Origin: Chloroflexota bacterium | GTDB taxonomy: Bacteria > Chloroflexota > Limnocylindria > P2-11E | Reading direction: 5' to 3' | Length of the DNA stretch: 64,000 nt | Assembly: GCA_027310565.1 (NCBI GenBank) | Contig: DAIDAP010000016.1 | Span: 25,017 to 89,016 of the forward strand | Shown: positions 37,575-48,929 of the stretch, in pieces | Numbering within the stretch: position 1 is the stretch's first letter | Layout: every line of letters begins with the position of its first letter | Program-made: the position numbers and the translations under genes | Notes under the pieces: generated by a model | Told to the model about the DNA's origin: nothing | Databases searched by the model: none | The model's input: the letters and a program-made list of their open reading frames with translations, nothing else

Positions 37575-38569
37575 GCCGCACCACGCTCGTGCTCGCGCTC
37601 CTCGCCGCGGCGCTCGCCGTGAGCGCCGCGGCGGGGGTCCTCCTCGGCGCGGTCGCGATCCCGCTCGCCGGGTTCGGCGACGCGCTCCTCGGCCGCGGCG
37701 ACCCGGCCGCGGCGACGATCGTCCGCGACCTGCGCCTGCCGCGCGTGGTCGCGGCCGCCCTCGTGGGCGGTGCGCTCGGCGTCGCCGGCGCGCTGCTCCA
37801 GGGTCTGCTGCGCAACCCGCTCGCCGATCCGTACGTCACCGGCGCGTCCGCGGGCGGCGCCCTCGGCGCGGTCGCGGCGCTCGCGCTCGCCGCGTCGGCG
37901 CCGGGCGCCGTCGTCCCGCTCGCCGCGTTCTCCGGTGCGCTCGTCGCCGTCGCGCTGGTGTGGCGGCTCGCGCGCCTGGGCGGGCGCACCACGGTCCTCA
38001 CGGTGCTGCTCGCCGGCGTCGTGCTCACGTCGTTCGCGGGTGCGATCGTCACGCTGCTGCTCGTCGCGAGCGACCGCCTGTCGCTGCGTCTGCGCGCCCT
38101 CGTCGACGTGCTCGTCGGCGGCGTGTCGCCGCGCGACACCGCGACGCTCGCCGCAGCGGCGATCGTCGTCGCCGCCGGCGTGGTCGCCGCGCTCGCGCTC
38201 GCGCCGCGCGTGGACGCCTACGCCTTCGGGGAGGAGACCGCGGCGACGCTCGGTATCGACACCGAGCGGACCACCACCGCGGTGCTCGTCGCGACCGCGC
38301 TCCTCGCCGGCGCCGCCGTCGCGCTCGCGGGCCTGGTGTCGTTCGTGGGGCTCGTCGTCCCGCACGCGATGCGCGGTCTGGTCGGCGCGCGGCACCGGCC
38401 GCTGCTCGCCGCGTCGTTCCTCGCCGGCGCCGCGGCGCTCGTGCTGGCCGACCTCGGAGCGCGCACGCTGCTCGCGCCGGCGGAGCTGCCGGTGGGCGTG
38501 ATCACCGGAGCCGTCGGCGGGCCGTTCTTCCTCGTGCTCCTGGTGCGCGCGCGCTGGAGCCTGGCCTGA
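37571..38569 (+). CDS. FecCD/BtuC-family ABC permease
   Basis: LRLPR, QGLLRNPLADP, GEETAATLG, FVGLVVPH, ELPVG; start CTG 37571 or GTG 37589. Confidence 0.92.
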   Translation: MSRTTLVLALLAAALAVSAAAGVLLGAVAIPLAGFGDALLGRGDPAAATIVRDLRLPRVVAAALVGGALGVAGALLQGLLRNPLADPYVTGASAGGALGAVAALALAASAPGAVVPLAAFSGALVAVALVWRLARLGGRTTVLTVLLAGVVLTSFAGAIVTLLLVASDRLSLRLRALVDVLVGGVSPRDTATLAAAAIVVAAGVVAALALAPRVDAYAFGEETAATLGIDTERTTTAVLVATALLAGAAVALAGLVSFVGLVVPHAMRGLVGARHRPLLAASFLAGAAALVLADLGARTLLAPAELPVGVITGAVGGPFFLVLLVRARWSLA

Positions 38570-39330
38570 CCGCGCTCGTGGCGTCCGGGGTCCGCGCGGG
38601 CTACGGCGGCCGCGTCGTCGTCGACGGCTGCGATGTGACGCTCGAGTCGGGCGCGCTCCTCGCGCTGGCCGGGCCGAACGGGGCGGGGAAGTCCACGCTG
38701 CTGCGCGTGCTCGCGGGCCTCCTCCGTCCGACCGCGGGGACCCTGACGGTCGAGGGGCGCGACCTCGGATCGCTCTCCCGCCGAGAGGTCGCGCGCCGGA
38801 TCGCGGTGGTGCCGCAGCTGTTCGACACGCTCTTCCCGTTCAGCGTGCGCGAGGTCGTCGCCCTCGGGCGGACCGCGCGTCTCGGCGCGTTCGGCCGGCT
38901 CGGCGCGGCCGATGCCCAGGCGGTCGATCGCGCGCTCGACGCGCTCGAGCTGCGCCCGCTCGCCGGGCGGCGCATCGACCGCGTCTCGGGCGGCGAGCGC
39001 CAGCGCGCCGTGCTCGCGATGGCGCTCGCGCAGGAGACGGGCGTGCTGCTGCTGGACGAGCCGACGGTGCATCTCGACCCGGCGCACCAGCTCGCCACCG
39101 TCGCGCTCCTGCGGCGGCTCGCGTCCGAGCGCGGGCTCGCGGTGCTCGCGGTGCTGCACGACCTCAACCTCGCCGCGCTCGCCGACCGGGTCGCGGTGCT
39201 GGCGGAGGGGCGCATCGTGCGCGCGGGGCCGCCGCGGGAGGTCATCGAGCCGTGCCTCGTGCGCGAGGTGTTCGGCGCGGGCTGGCGCGTGACGGGCGAC
39301 GGCGAGCGGCCCGTCGTCGCGCCGGCGTGA
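38566..39330 (+). CDS. Cobalamin/iron-chelate ABC ATP-binding protein
   Basis: GPNGAGKST, SGGERQR, LLLDEPT, LHDLN; start CTG 38566 or GTG 38578. Confidence 0.92.
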   Translation: MTALVASGVRAGYGGRVVVDGCDVTLESGALLALAGPNGAGKSTLLRVLAGLLRPTAGTLTVEGRDLGSLSRREVARRIAVVPQLFDTLFPFSVREVVALGRTARLGAFGRLGAADAQAVDRALDALELRPLAGRRIDRVSGGERQRAVLAMALAQETGVLLLDEPTVHLDPAHQLATVALLRRLASERGLAVLAVLHDLNLAALADRVAVLAEGRIVRAGPPREVIEPCLVREVFGAGWRVTGDGERPVVAPA

Positions 39331-39343
39331 GCGTGGGCGGCGG

Positions 39344-40141
39344 TCAGCCCGCGCTGATCTCCACCGGCGCGCTCCAGCCCCAGTCCCACTGCGCGAGCTC
39401 GTCGACGAGCGCGTGGTTCGTGAGGTCGAGCGAGATCGGCGTCACGCTGATCTTCCCGGCGCGCAGCGCCGCGACGTCGGTGCCCTCCTCGGCGTCCTCG
39501 CTCACCGCCGGGCCGCCCACCCAGTAGTACGGATTGCCGTACGGGTCGAGCCGCTCGATGAGCTGGTCGCGGTAGCTGCGCTTGCCCAGACGCGTGACCT
39601 CCACGCCGGCGATCTGATCGCGCGGCAGCGCGGGGACGTTCACGTTGAGCAGCGAGTCGGGGACGAAGCCGCGCTCGAGGATGTTCCGCGCGAGCAGCGC
39701 CGCGAACGACGCGGCCGGCCCGAAGTCGAGGTCGGCGCCGAACGCCCCGATCGAGATCGCGACCGACGGGATGTTCGAGAGCAGGCCCTCCATCGCCGCC
39801 GCGACGGTGCCCGAGTAGGTGATGTCGTCGCCCATGTTCGCGCCGCGGTTGATGCCGCTCACGATGAGATCGGGCCTGTGCCGCAGGAACCCGAGCACGG
39901 CGAGACGGACGCAGTCGGTGGGCGAGCCGTCGGTCATGTACGCGGGGTGGCCGGTGCCGCGCAGCTTCGTGGAGCGCACACGCAGCGGCCGGAACAGCGT
40001 GATGCTGTGGCTCGCACCGCTCCAGTTCCGCTCCGGCGCGATGACGTCGACGTCGCCCACCGCCGAGAGCGCGTCGGCCAGCGGGGCGAGCGCATCGGAC
40101 TCGATGCCGTCGTCGTTGGTGATGAGGATGTGCCGCGTCAT
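39344..40141 (-). CDS. surE: 5'/3'-nucleotidase SurE
   Basis: ILITNDDG, SGASHS, GSPTDCV, SGINRGAN, YSGTVAAA. Confidence 0.96.
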   Translation of the reverse strand: MTRHILITNDDGIESDALAPLADALSAVGDVDVIAPERNWSGASHSITLFRPLRVRSTKLRGTGHPAYMTDGSPTDCVRLAVLGFLRHRPDLIVSGINRGANMGDDITYSGTVAAAMEGLLSNIPSVAISIGAFGADLDFGPAASFAALLARNILERGFVPDSLLNVNVPALPRDQIAGVEVTRLGKRSYRDQLIERLDPYGNPYYWVGGPAVSEDAEEGTDVAALRAGKISVTPISLDLTNHALVDELAQWDWGWSAPVEISAG

Positions 40142-41241
40142 CAGCTCGCCTCGGTGAGCGCGTCCTCGTCGCGCTCGCGGTCCCCCTCGACCAGCGCGTA
40201 CGCGTAGTGGACGAACGCGTTGATGACTCCGGCGAGGGGCATCGCCAGCACCACGCCCCAGAACCCGGCGAGCCGCGCGCCGAGGAGCAGCGCGAGGAAC
40301 ACGAAGATGGGGTGGATGCCGATGCTGCGCGACAGGATGCGTGGGCCGAGGACGTTGAGGACGATCTGCTGCAGCACGAGGATCGCGACGAACACCCACA
40401 GCAGCCGGTCGCCCGCGCCGACCGCGGCCACCGCCAGGACCGGCACCATCGCGATGATCGGACCGAAGAACGGGATGATCATCGTGAAGCCCGAGAGCGT
40501 GGCGAGCACCGCGGCGAACGGCACGCCGAGCGCCGCGAGGATCACGAAGGTCGCGGCGCCGTAGATCGTGCCCAGCAGCAGCGAGCCGCGGATGAAGCCG
40601 CCGAACGAGCGGTCGGCGCTCTCGCGCAGGAGCTCGGCCTCGCGGCGCCGGGCGCGCGGGAGCGCGCTCGTGAAGCGCCGCCACAGCGCGTCGCCGTCGA
40701 TGAGCATGAGGAAGGCGATGATGAGGACGAGCGTGACGTTGAAGAGCGCGCCCGCCGTCGCCGAGATGACGCCGACGATGTTCGCGGCGTAGGACCCCGC
40801 GATCTCGCCGATGCGGACCGGAAGCTGTCCGTAGAGGTCCGTGATGTCGGCGCGGATGCCCACGGATGCGAGCCGCTGCTGGAGGGCGATGACCGCCTGC
40901 GCGGCGCGGTCGCCGTACTCGGGCGCGCGGGTCGCGAGGTCCGTGAGCTGCTGCGACAGCGCGGGCACGAGCAGCGCGCCGCCGGCCGCGAGCACGATGG
41001 CGATCCCGATGTAGACGACGATGACCGAGAACGTTCGGTTCAGCACCGTCGACGCGTCGAGCCACTGCACGAGCGGCGCGAGCAGGTAGGAGAGCGCCCA
41101 GGCGGCGATGAAGATGAGCAGCACGTCCGCGACCGCGCCGATCGCCTGCCATGCCTGCGCGAAGACGAGCGTCGCGAGGTACACGGCCAGCAGCACGGCC
41201 ACGATCCGCAGCAGCCGCAGATCGCTTCGGTCGAGCTTCAT
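40141..41241 (-). CDS. AI-2E (PerM) family transporter
   Basis: SYLLAPLV, GGFIRG, IPFFGP, QQIVLNVLGPRI, GIHP, LAMP. Confidence 0.9.
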   Translation of the reverse strand: MKLDRSDLRLLRIVAVLLAVYLATLVFAQAWQAIGAVADVLLIFIAAWALSYLLAPLVQWLDASTVLNRTFSVIVVYIGIAIVLAAGGALLVPALSQQLTDLATRAPEYGDRAAQAVIALQQRLASVGIRADITDLYGQLPVRIGEIAGSYAANIVGVISATAGALFNVTLVLIIAFLMLIDGDALWRRFTSALPRARRREAELLRESADRSFGGFIRGSLLLGTIYGAATFVILAALGVPFAAVLATLSGFTMIIPFFGPIIAMVPVLAVAAVGAGDRLLWVFVAILVLQQIVLNVLGPRILSRSIGIHPIFVFLALLLGARLAGFWGVVLAMPLAGVINAFVHYAYALVEGDRERDEDALTEAS

Positions 41242-41283
41242 CGCTCGCAATCCTAGTGTCGCTCGGGGGACTACCATCCCGCT

Positions 41284-42336
41284 GTGCCCCTCGCGCCGTC
41301 CCTGATCGAGCGCTACGCCGCGCACCTGCCGATCACCGCGAGGACCCCGCGCATCACGCTGGGCGAGGGCGGAACGCCGCTGCTGCGCGCGCGCTGGCTC
41401 GAGCGCGAGACCGCGATCGACGAGGTGTGGCTCAAGGTGGAGGGGCAGAACCCCACCGGATCGTTCAAGGACCGCGGCATGGTCGTCGCCGTCGCGAAGG
41501 CGGTGGAGGAGGGTGCGCGCGCCGTCCTGTGCGCGTCCACCGGGAACACGGCGGCGTCCGCGGCCGCGTACGCGGCCCGGGCCGGGCTGGCGTGCACGGT
41601 CGTGCTGCCCGCCGGCCAGGTCGCGCTCGGCAAGCTCGCCCAGGCGATCGTCTTCGGCGCGAAGGTCGTCGCCGTGCGGGGCTCGTTCGACGCGGCGCTC
41701 GCGGTCGTGCGCGACCTCGCCGCGTCGGGCGAGGCGACGCTCGTGAACAGCGTGAACCCGCACCGCATCGAGGGGCAGAAGACGGCGGCGTTCGAGGTCT
41801 GCGAGGCGCTCGGCGACGCCCCCGACGCGCTCTTCATCCCCGTCGGCAACGCCGGGAACATCACCGCGTACTGGAAGGGCTTCGTCGAGGCCGCCGCCGC
41901 CGGCCTGTCGCGGAGCCGGCCGAAGCTGTACGGCTTCCAGGCGGAGGGCGCCGCGCCGATCGTGCGCGGCGCGCCCGTGGAGGAGCCGCGGACGGTCGCG
42001 ACGGCGATCCGCATCGGCAATCCCGCGTCCTGGCGGAGCGCGGTGCGCGCGCGCGACGAGTCCGGCGGCGCGATCGAGGCGGTCGGCGACGACGAGATCC
42101 TCGCGGCGTACCGCGACCTGGCGCGACGCGAGGGCGTCTTCTGCGAGCCCGCGAGCGCGGCGTCCGTCGCGGGCCTGCGCAAGCGCGCGGCCGCGGGCGG
42201 CGCGCGCGGTCCGCGCCGGGTCGTCTGCGTGCTCACCGGCAACGGTCTGAAGGATCCGGACAGCGCGCGTGCGGCCGCGGGCGGGCTGGTGGAGGTGGAG
42301 GCGACGGCGGAGGCAGTGCTCGCCGCGACCCGATGA
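41284..42336 (+). CDS. thrC: Threonine synthase
   Basis: [52 protein letters not shown]. Confidence 0.96.
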   Translation: MPLAPSLIERYAAHLPITARTPRITLGEGGTPLLRARWLERETAIDEVWLKVEGQNPTGSFKDRGMVVAVAKAVEEGARAVLCASTGNTAASAAAYAARAGLACTVVLPAGQVALGKLAQAIVFGAKVVAVRGSFDAALAVVRDLAASGEATLVNSVNPHRIEGQKTAAFEVCEALGDAPDALFIPVGNAGNITAYWKGFVEAAAAGLSRSRPKLYGFQAEGAAPIVRGAPVEEPRTVATAIRIGNPASWRSAVRARDESGGAIEAVGDDEILAAYRDLARREGVFCEPASAASVAGLRKRAAAGGARGPRRVVCVLTGNGLKDPDSARAAAGGLVEVEATAEAVLAATR

Positions 42337-43223
42337 CGCTGCGCGTCCGCGTCCCGGCGACGAGCGCGAACCTCGGTCCGGGCTTCGACGCGTTCGCGGT
42401 CGCGCTCCCGCTGCTCGCGGAGTTCGAGCTCCGGCCCGCGCGCGCCTGGAAGGTCGACGCCGCCGACGGCGTCCCGGACGGCGAGGACAACCTCCTCGTC
42501 GTCGCGGCGCGCGCGGTCGCGCGCGCGGCGGGGGCGGAGCTGGCGGCCCAGCACGTCGAGCAGCGCTCCGCGATCCCGCTCGCGCGCGGGCTCGGCTCGA
42601 GCGCGGCGGCGATCGTCGGCGGCGCCGTCGCGGCGAACGCGCTCCTCGGCGAGCCGCTCGATCGGCGGTCGCTGCTGCGTGTCGCCTCCGAGGTCGAGGG
42701 TCACTCCGACAACGTCGCCGCCGCGCTGTACGGCGGATTCACCATCGCGCTGCCGGACGAGGCGGGACCGGTCGCCGCGCGCATCGCGTTCCCCGCCGAC
42801 TGGCGTGCCTGCCTGTTCATCCCCGGCGAGCCGCTCGAGACGGCGAAGGCCCGCGGCGTCCTCGCGGCGGAGGTGTCGCGGGACGACGCCGTCTTCAATC
42901 TCGCGCACGCCGCGGCGCTCGTCGCCGCGATCATGCGCGCGGATGGCGCGCTGCTGTCCCTCGCGATGGCCGACCGGCTGCATCAGCCCGCGCGGACGCG
43001 GCTGGTGCCGGCGCTCGGGGAGATCATCGGCGCGGCCCGCGACGCCGGCGCGTTCGGCGCGGCGCTGTCCGGTGCGGGGCCCAGCGTGCTCGCGGTCGCG
43101 CCCGCGCGTCTCGCCGCGCGCGTCGTCTCGGCGATGGAGGAGACCGCGGCCGCGCACGGCGTCGGCGGGCGCGGCCGCGCGCTCCGCGTGCGCGCCGCCG
43201 GCGCGCAGGCCGTCAAGGCTTAG
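42333..43223 (+). CDS. thrB: Homoserine kinase
   Basis: [44 protein letters not shown]. Confidence 0.96.
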   Translation: MTLRVRVPATSANLGPGFDAFAVALPLLAEFELRPARAWKVDAADGVPDGEDNLLVVAARAVARAAGAELAAQHVEQRSAIPLARGLGSSAAAIVGGAVAANALLGEPLDRRSLLRVASEVEGHSDNVAAALYGGFTIALPDEAGPVAARIAFPADWRACLFIPGEPLETAKARGVLAAEVSRDDAVFNLAHAAALVAAIMRADGALLSLAMADRLHQPARTRLVPALGEIIGAARDAGAFGAALSGAGPSVLAVAPARLAARVVSAMEETAAAHGVGGRGRALRVRAAGAQAVKA

Positions 43224-43237
43224 TACCGTTGAGCGTG

Positions 43238-43735
43238 ATGCGGCGCACGGCCCTCGTGCTCGCGGTCCTGCTCGCCGCGTGCGGCGAGGTCGCCGCACCG
43301 CGGCCCACGCCGACCGCGACCGCCGCCACCACGACGGCGCCCGCCACGCCGACCCGATCGGCGACGCCCTCGCCCTCGCCGTCGCCCTCGCCGTCGCCGT
43401 CGCCCACCGGCCTCTCCTCGGCGAAGGGCTTCATCACCGTGGCGAAGCCGCTGCCGAACACGCGCCTGGTCTCGCCGGTCCAGATCGCCGGCACGGCGAT
43501 GGTCGTCGAGGGGACGCTCGAGTGGCGCATCGTCGACAGCGCCGGCCGCGTGATCGCCGAGGGGTACACGACCGCGAGCGCGGGCGCGCCCGCGCGCGGC
43601 GACTACAGCGTCACCGCGACGTTCACCCAGCCGTCCGCCGACACCTACGCGACGGTGGAGGTCTACGACCGCAGCCCGCGCGACGGGAAGGTGGACGAGA
43701 TCGTGCGCGTCCCGGTCATCCTGCCCGCGAAGTAG
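43238..43735 (+). CDS. Lipoprotein with Pro/Ser/Thr linker and Gmad2-like Ig domain
   Basis: Lipobox LAAC, (PS)n linker, ITVAKP...SPVQIAGTA...EGT...SPRDG. Confidence 0.75.
   Translation: MRRTALVLAVLLAACGEVAAPRPTPTATAATTTAPATPTRSATPSPSPSPSPSPSPTGLSSAKGFITVAKPLPNTRLVSPVQIAGTAMVVEGTLEWRIVDSAGRVIAEGYTTASAGAPARGDYSVTATFTQPSADTYATVEVYDRSPRDGKVDEIVRVPVILPAK
43367..43405 (+). repeat. Coding hexamer repeat (CCSTCG)n encoding PSPSPS
   Basis: About six tandem CCCTCG/CCGTCG units in the lipoprotein linker. Confidence 0.7.
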
Positions 43736-44503
43736 GTGCCACGGCTCCGCCTCCTCGCGCACCCGGCGGTCCGCAGCGCCGTGTCCCTCGAGATCGGGCA
43801 CCAGATCGAGTACCACGAGCTGATCGACTCGACGCAGGACCGCGCGCGCGAGCTCGCCGGCCGCGGTTTCGACGGGATCGTCGTCGCGGACGAGCAGCGC
43901 TCCGGCCGGGGGACGCACGGACGCGCGTGGCAGGCGGCGAAGGGGACGAGCCTGCTCGCGTCGTGGGTGCTGCGTCCCGCACCCGCCGCTCCGGCGCTCG
44001 TCGCGGCACTGTCGGGCGTGGCGATCGCGCGCGCGCTCGCGAGCCTCGGTGTCGAGGGGGCGTCTCTAAAATGGCCCAACGACGTGCAGCTCGAGGGGAG
44101 GAAGGTGGCGGGCGCGCTCGCTCACGGCACGTCGGACGGCAGCGGCGGCGTGCTCGTCCTGGGCATCGGCATCAACGTCCACCAGCGGCCCGGTGACTTC
44201 CCGGTCGAGCTGCGCGACAGCGCGGCCTCGCTGGCCGTCGCCGGCCGCGACGTCGATCGGCTCGCGCTCCTCGCGCGCCTGTGCGGCGAGCTGCGCGGGC
44301 TGGGCGACGCCCACGCATGGTCGGCCGCGCTCGCCGAATGGCGCGAGCGCTCGACCCTCCTCGGCCGCGGCGTGCGCGTGACGCTGCCGGGCGGCGGGGT
44401 CGTCGAGGGGACCGCGACGGCGATCGACGACGACGGCGCGCTCCTCGTCCACACGCCGTCCGGCATCGAGCGCATCGTGACCGGCCGGGTCGAGCCGGCA
44501 TGA
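43736..44503 (+). CDS. birA: Biotin--[acetyl-CoA carboxylase] ligase, no HTH domain
   Basis: DSTQD, ADEQRSGRG, LKWPNDV, RKVAG, LGIGINV. Confidence 0.93.
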   Translation: MPRLRLLAHPAVRSAVSLEIGHQIEYHELIDSTQDRARELAGRGFDGIVVADEQRSGRGTHGRAWQAAKGTSLLASWVLRPAPAAPALVAALSGVAIARALASLGVEGASLKWPNDVQLEGRKVAGALAHGTSDGSGGVLVLGIGINVHQRPGDFPVELRDSAASLAVAGRDVDRLALLARLCGELRGLGDAHAWSAALAEWRERSTLLGRGVRVTLPGGGVVEGTATAIDDDGALLVHTPSGIERIVTGRVEPA

Positions 44504-44534
44504 CCGGATGCGACGGCCCGCGGCCCGTCGGCCC

Positions 44535-45422
44535 GTGAGCGAGCGCTTCGCGATCGTCGTCGACGGGACGGCCTGCCTCACCCCGGAGCTGGAGCGCGAG
44601 CTCGACGTTCGGTGGCTGCCGCTGCACGTCGACATCGGCGGCGACACGTACACCGCGGGCGTCGATCTCACGCCCGACGAGTTCTACGCCAAGATCGCCG
44701 CGCCGGGCGTGCTCACCGGCACCTCGCAGCCCTCCATGGGCGAGTGCCGCGACGTGTACGACGTCATCGCCGGCGAGGGGACGACGAAGATCCTCGTCCT
44801 CACGATCGCAACGGAGCTGTCGGGCACGTACTCCGTGGCGAGCACGACGGCGCAGGCGATGCCCGGGACGCGCATCGAGGTCGTCGACAGCCGCTCGCTC
44901 GCCGGCGGGATCTCGCTCATCGCGACCGCCGCCGGCCGGCTGCGGCGCGACGGCGGTTCGTTCGACGACGCCGTCGCGCTCGCGCGGCGGATGGCCGGCG
45001 GCATCTCCATCCTCGCCGTCGCCGACACCCTCGAGTACCTGAGGCGCTCTGGACGCGTCTCGGGCGCCGCGGCGCTGTTCGGGTCGATGCTGCGGGTGAA
45101 GCCGATCCTCGAGGTGGCGAACGGCCTCGTGTACCCGATCGACAGGGTGCGCACGCGCGAGAAGGCCGTCGCGCGGATGAAGGAGATCATCGCCCAGCGC
45201 ATCCCCGCCGGTGCGCGCATCTACGCGTGCACGCTCCACACGAACGAGCCGGCGCGCGCCCGCGCGCTGGGGGAGTGGGCGCAGGAGCGTTACCACTGCG
45301 TCGAGCACTGGGTCGCCGAGGCCGGCCCGGTCATCGGCGCTCGCGCCGGTCCGGGTGTCGTCGGCCTGTGCTGGTACCGTGACGGTGACGAGGAGGCGAG
45401 ATTGGCGGCGAAGCCGGCATGA
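44535..45422 (+). CDS. DegV family fatty-acid-binding protein
   Basis: IVVDGT, TSQPS, LSGT, VVDS, TLEYLRRSGR, LRVKPIL, GPVIG. Confidence 0.92.
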   Translation: MSERFAIVVDGTACLTPELERELDVRWLPLHVDIGGDTYTAGVDLTPDEFYAKIAAPGVLTGTSQPSMGECRDVYDVIAGEGTTKILVLTIATELSGTYSVASTTAQAMPGTRIEVVDSRSLAGGISLIATAAGRLRRDGGSFDDAVALARRMAGGISILAVADTLEYLRRSGRVSGAAALFGSMLRVKPILEVANGLVYPIDRVRTREKAVARMKEIIAQRIPAGARIYACTLHTNEPARARALGEWAQERYHCVEHWVAEAGPVIGARAGPGVVGLCWYRDGDEEARLAAKPA

Positions 45423-46257
45423 GGCTGCGGATGCCCTTCGGGCGCAGGCCGAAGGAGTTCCCAGACCACCTGTGGACGCAGTGCCCGTCCTGCGGCGAGA
45501 TGCTCTTCAACAAGCAGCTCGCGCGCAACCTGTACGTCTGCACGAAGTGCGGTCATCACTTCCGCATGGGCGCGCGCGAGCGCATCGAGCTGCTCGTCGA
45601 CCGGGGCAGCTTCGCCGAGCATGACGCGGCCCTCACCTCGGGGGATCCGCTGGGGTTCGTCGACAGCAAGCCCTATCCCGAGCGGATCGCCGCGGCGCAG
45701 GCGAAGAGCGGCGAGCGCGACGCGGTCATCGCCGGCGCGGCCACGATCGCCGACAGCCCGGTAGAGCTCGTCGTCATGGACTTCGACTTCATGGGCGGCT
45801 CGATGGGCAGTGTCGTCGGCGAGAAGATCACGCGCGCCGCGGAGCGCGCGCTCGCGGAGCGGCGCGCGCTCGTGATCGTCTCGGCCTCGGGCGGCGCGCG
45901 GATGCAGGAGGGCACGATCGCGCTCATGCAGATGGCGAAGATCGTCGCGGCCCTCGCGCGCCTCGACGAGGCCGGTCTGCCGTTCGTGAGCATCCTCACC
46001 GATCCCACGACCGGTGGCGTGCTCGCCTCCTATGCCTCGCTGGGCGATCTCATCCTCGCCGAGCCCGGCGCGCTCATCCGCTTCTCCGGCGAGCGCGTCA
46101 CGAGCGGCACCGTCGGCGAGAAGCTGCCGGTCGGCTTCGGCAAGGCCGAGTTCCTGCTCGAGAAGGGCTTCCTCGACCTCATCGTCCCGCGCGCGCAGCT
46201 GCGCGATCGTCTCGCGTTCCTGCTCGGCGCGTTCCGCGCGGACGCGCGCGACGTGCG

Positions 46258-46270
<13 letters not shown>
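45419..46270 (+). CDS. accD: Acetyl-CoA carboxylase carboxyltransferase beta
   Basis: LWTQCPSC...CTKC zinc ribbon, FMGGSMG, SGGARMQEG, DPTTGGV. Confidence 0.95.
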
Positions 46271-47231
<961 letters not shown>

Positions 47232-47235
<4 letters not shown>

Positions 47236-47672
47236 GCGAGCCGGATCACGTCCTGGGGCTGCTCGACGACCTCGTGCGTCTCGCGACGCGGCACCGCGCG
47301 CGCATCGAGGTGGAGGGCGATGGCTTCGCGGCCGCGGTCACGCCGCTCGCCTCCGGCCTCGCCACGGCCGAGATCTCGCACGAGCAGGCCGCGGCGGGCA
47401 CGGACGCCGCGTCGACGACGCCCAGGACGCAGCGCGTGCACGCGACGACGGTCGGCATCTTCAGCGCGCCGACGACGTGGAACGTCGGCGACGCGGTGAA
47501 GCGCGGCGACGTCCTCGGCGGCGTGCAGAGCCTCGGCCACGTCTCGGACGTGAAGGCGCCGGCGGACGGCAGCATCCAGGAGGTGCTCGTCACCGCCGGC
47601 GCTCCCGTGGAGTACGGTCAGCCGCTCTTCGTGATCGCGGTGAGCGAGGACCGGCGACCGTCACCGTCCTGA
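47232..47672 (+). CDS. BCCP-like (biotinyl/lipoyl fold) protein lacking the biotin-accepting lysine
   Basis: GTGA-coupled to accA; VGIF...VGDAVKRGDVLG-GVQSLGHV-SDVKAPADG...VEYGQPLF; QSLG replaces EAMK. Confidence 0.8.
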
Positions 47673-47755
47673 CGCTTTACTACGGGAGCGCTCCCGGCGC
47701 ATCATTCGGCGCCATATCCGCGCCGCGGGACGCGGCGCGCAGGGAGGAGCTCGGT

Positions 47756-48535
47756 ATGCGGCGCGTTCTCACGGTCGGCCTCGCGACGGTCCTGCTGCTC
47801 GTCGCCGGCGCGACGCCGGCCTTCGCGGCCCACTCCTGGGGCGGCTATCACTGGGCACGCACGGCGAATCCGTTCACGCTCAAGCTCGGCGACAACGTCT
47901 CCGGTCTCTGGGACTCGATGCTCGTCACCGCGTCGAGCGATTGGTCGCGGTCGACGGTGCTGGACACGACGGTCGTGGCCGGCGGCACGAGCCCGCGCTC
48001 GTGCCGTCCGACGAGCGGCCGCGTCGAGGTCTGCAGCGCCCGCTACGGCAACACCGGGTGGCTCGGGCTGGCGCAGATCTGGATCACCGGCGGCGTCCAC
48101 ATCACCCAGGGCGTGGTGAAGAACAACGACTACTACTTCGGCGGCTCGACGTACCAGTACAACAACACGGCCGAGATGCAGCACGTCATCTGCCAGGAGG
48201 TCGGACACACCTTCGGACTGGACCATCAGAGCACGAGCGGCGCGTCGCTCGGCACCTGCATGGACTATTACAAGAACACCAGCGCGTCCGACACGCAGAG
48301 CACGTCGCCGAACCAGCACGACTACGACGAGCTCGCCGCGATCTACGCGCACCTCGACGGCTCGACCACGATCCGCGCCGCGCCGAGTGGCGCGGCGCCG
48401 ATCCGGACCCCCGGCGCGGACGCGAACGGCACGCCGATCGGCGCCTCGGCGGCGCGCGGCAGCTGGTACCTGCAGGACCTCGGCGGCGGGAGCTTCCTGC
48501 TCACGCACGTCTACTGGGCGCCGGGCGCGAGCTGA
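47756..48535 (+). CDS. Secreted metzincin-like protein with QExxHxxGxxH motif
   Basis: GGAGGAG SD, signal peptide ending AFA, GWLGLA, CQEVGHTFGLDH, Met-turn-like TCMDY. Confidence 0.75.
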   Translation: MRRVLTVGLATVLLLVAGATPAFAAHSWGGYHWARTANPFTLKLGDNVSGLWDSMLVTASSDWSRSTVLDTTVVAGGTSPRSCRPTSGRVEVCSARYGNTGWLGLAQIWITGGVHITQGVVKNNDYYFGGSTYQYNNTAEMQHVICQEVGHTFGLDHQSTSGASLGTCMDYYKNTSASDTQSTSPNQHDYDELAAIYAHLDGSTTIRAAPSGAAPIRTPGADANGTPIGASAARGSWYLQDLGGGSFLLTHVYWAPGAS

Positions 48536-48554
48536 CCGCGCGGCGGCGGACCGT

Positions 48555-48824
48555 TCACGAGAGGGCTCCCGCGAGGGGGCCCTCTCGCGCTCCTGCGAGG
48601 ACGCGGTCCCGGGGCGCGCGGGCTCGGGCGGCGGCGCGGTCTTCGCGCAGGATCGCCTCGCGCCGCGTCTTCACCCGCCGCGGTCCGCGGTTCATCCACG
48701 ACGACACGGCCGCGCCGGCGAGCGCGCCCGCGCCGACCACCGCGAACGCGGCGGCGGGTGTGGTCATGTGGACGCCGATCTGCGGGATCACCGCGAGGTC
48801 CGCGGCGAGCATGCCGCTCACCAT
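48555..48824 (-). CDS. Possible small membrane protein
   Basis: MVSGMLAADLAVIPQIG...AFAVVGAGALAGAAVSSW hydrophobic ORF filling a gap; start unclear and 3' end overlaps the hairpin. Confidence 0.25.
   Translation of the reverse strand: MVSGMLAADLAVIPQIGVHMTTPAAAFAVVGAGALAGAAVSSWMNRGPRRVKTRREAILREDRAAARARAPRDRVLAGAREGPLAGALS
48558..48587. terminator. GC-rich hairpin, probable terminator
   Basis: CGAGAGGGCTCCC-GCGA-GGGGGCCCTCTCG just after the stop at 48535; no U-tract. Confidence 0.5.
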
Positions 48825-48929
48825 GGCCCCGGCGACGCATTCGGGCCATGGACCGTCGGCGAGCGTGATGACGCGCTCGCTCTCGCGACGGGGACGGTTT
48901 CCTCCGCGCTCTCGTAGACTGCGCCGTCC

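Noticed and set aside
41253-41262. CTAGTGTCGC match to the 36400 element end
   Set aside because: Only 10 nt, no partner inverted repeat, and it overlaps a -10 box of the AI-2E gene.
43367-43405. Hexamer repeat as a contingency locus or CRISPR
   Set aside because: In-frame, degenerate at third positions, encodes an ordinary Pro/Ser linker; no repeat-spacer array anywhere in the window.
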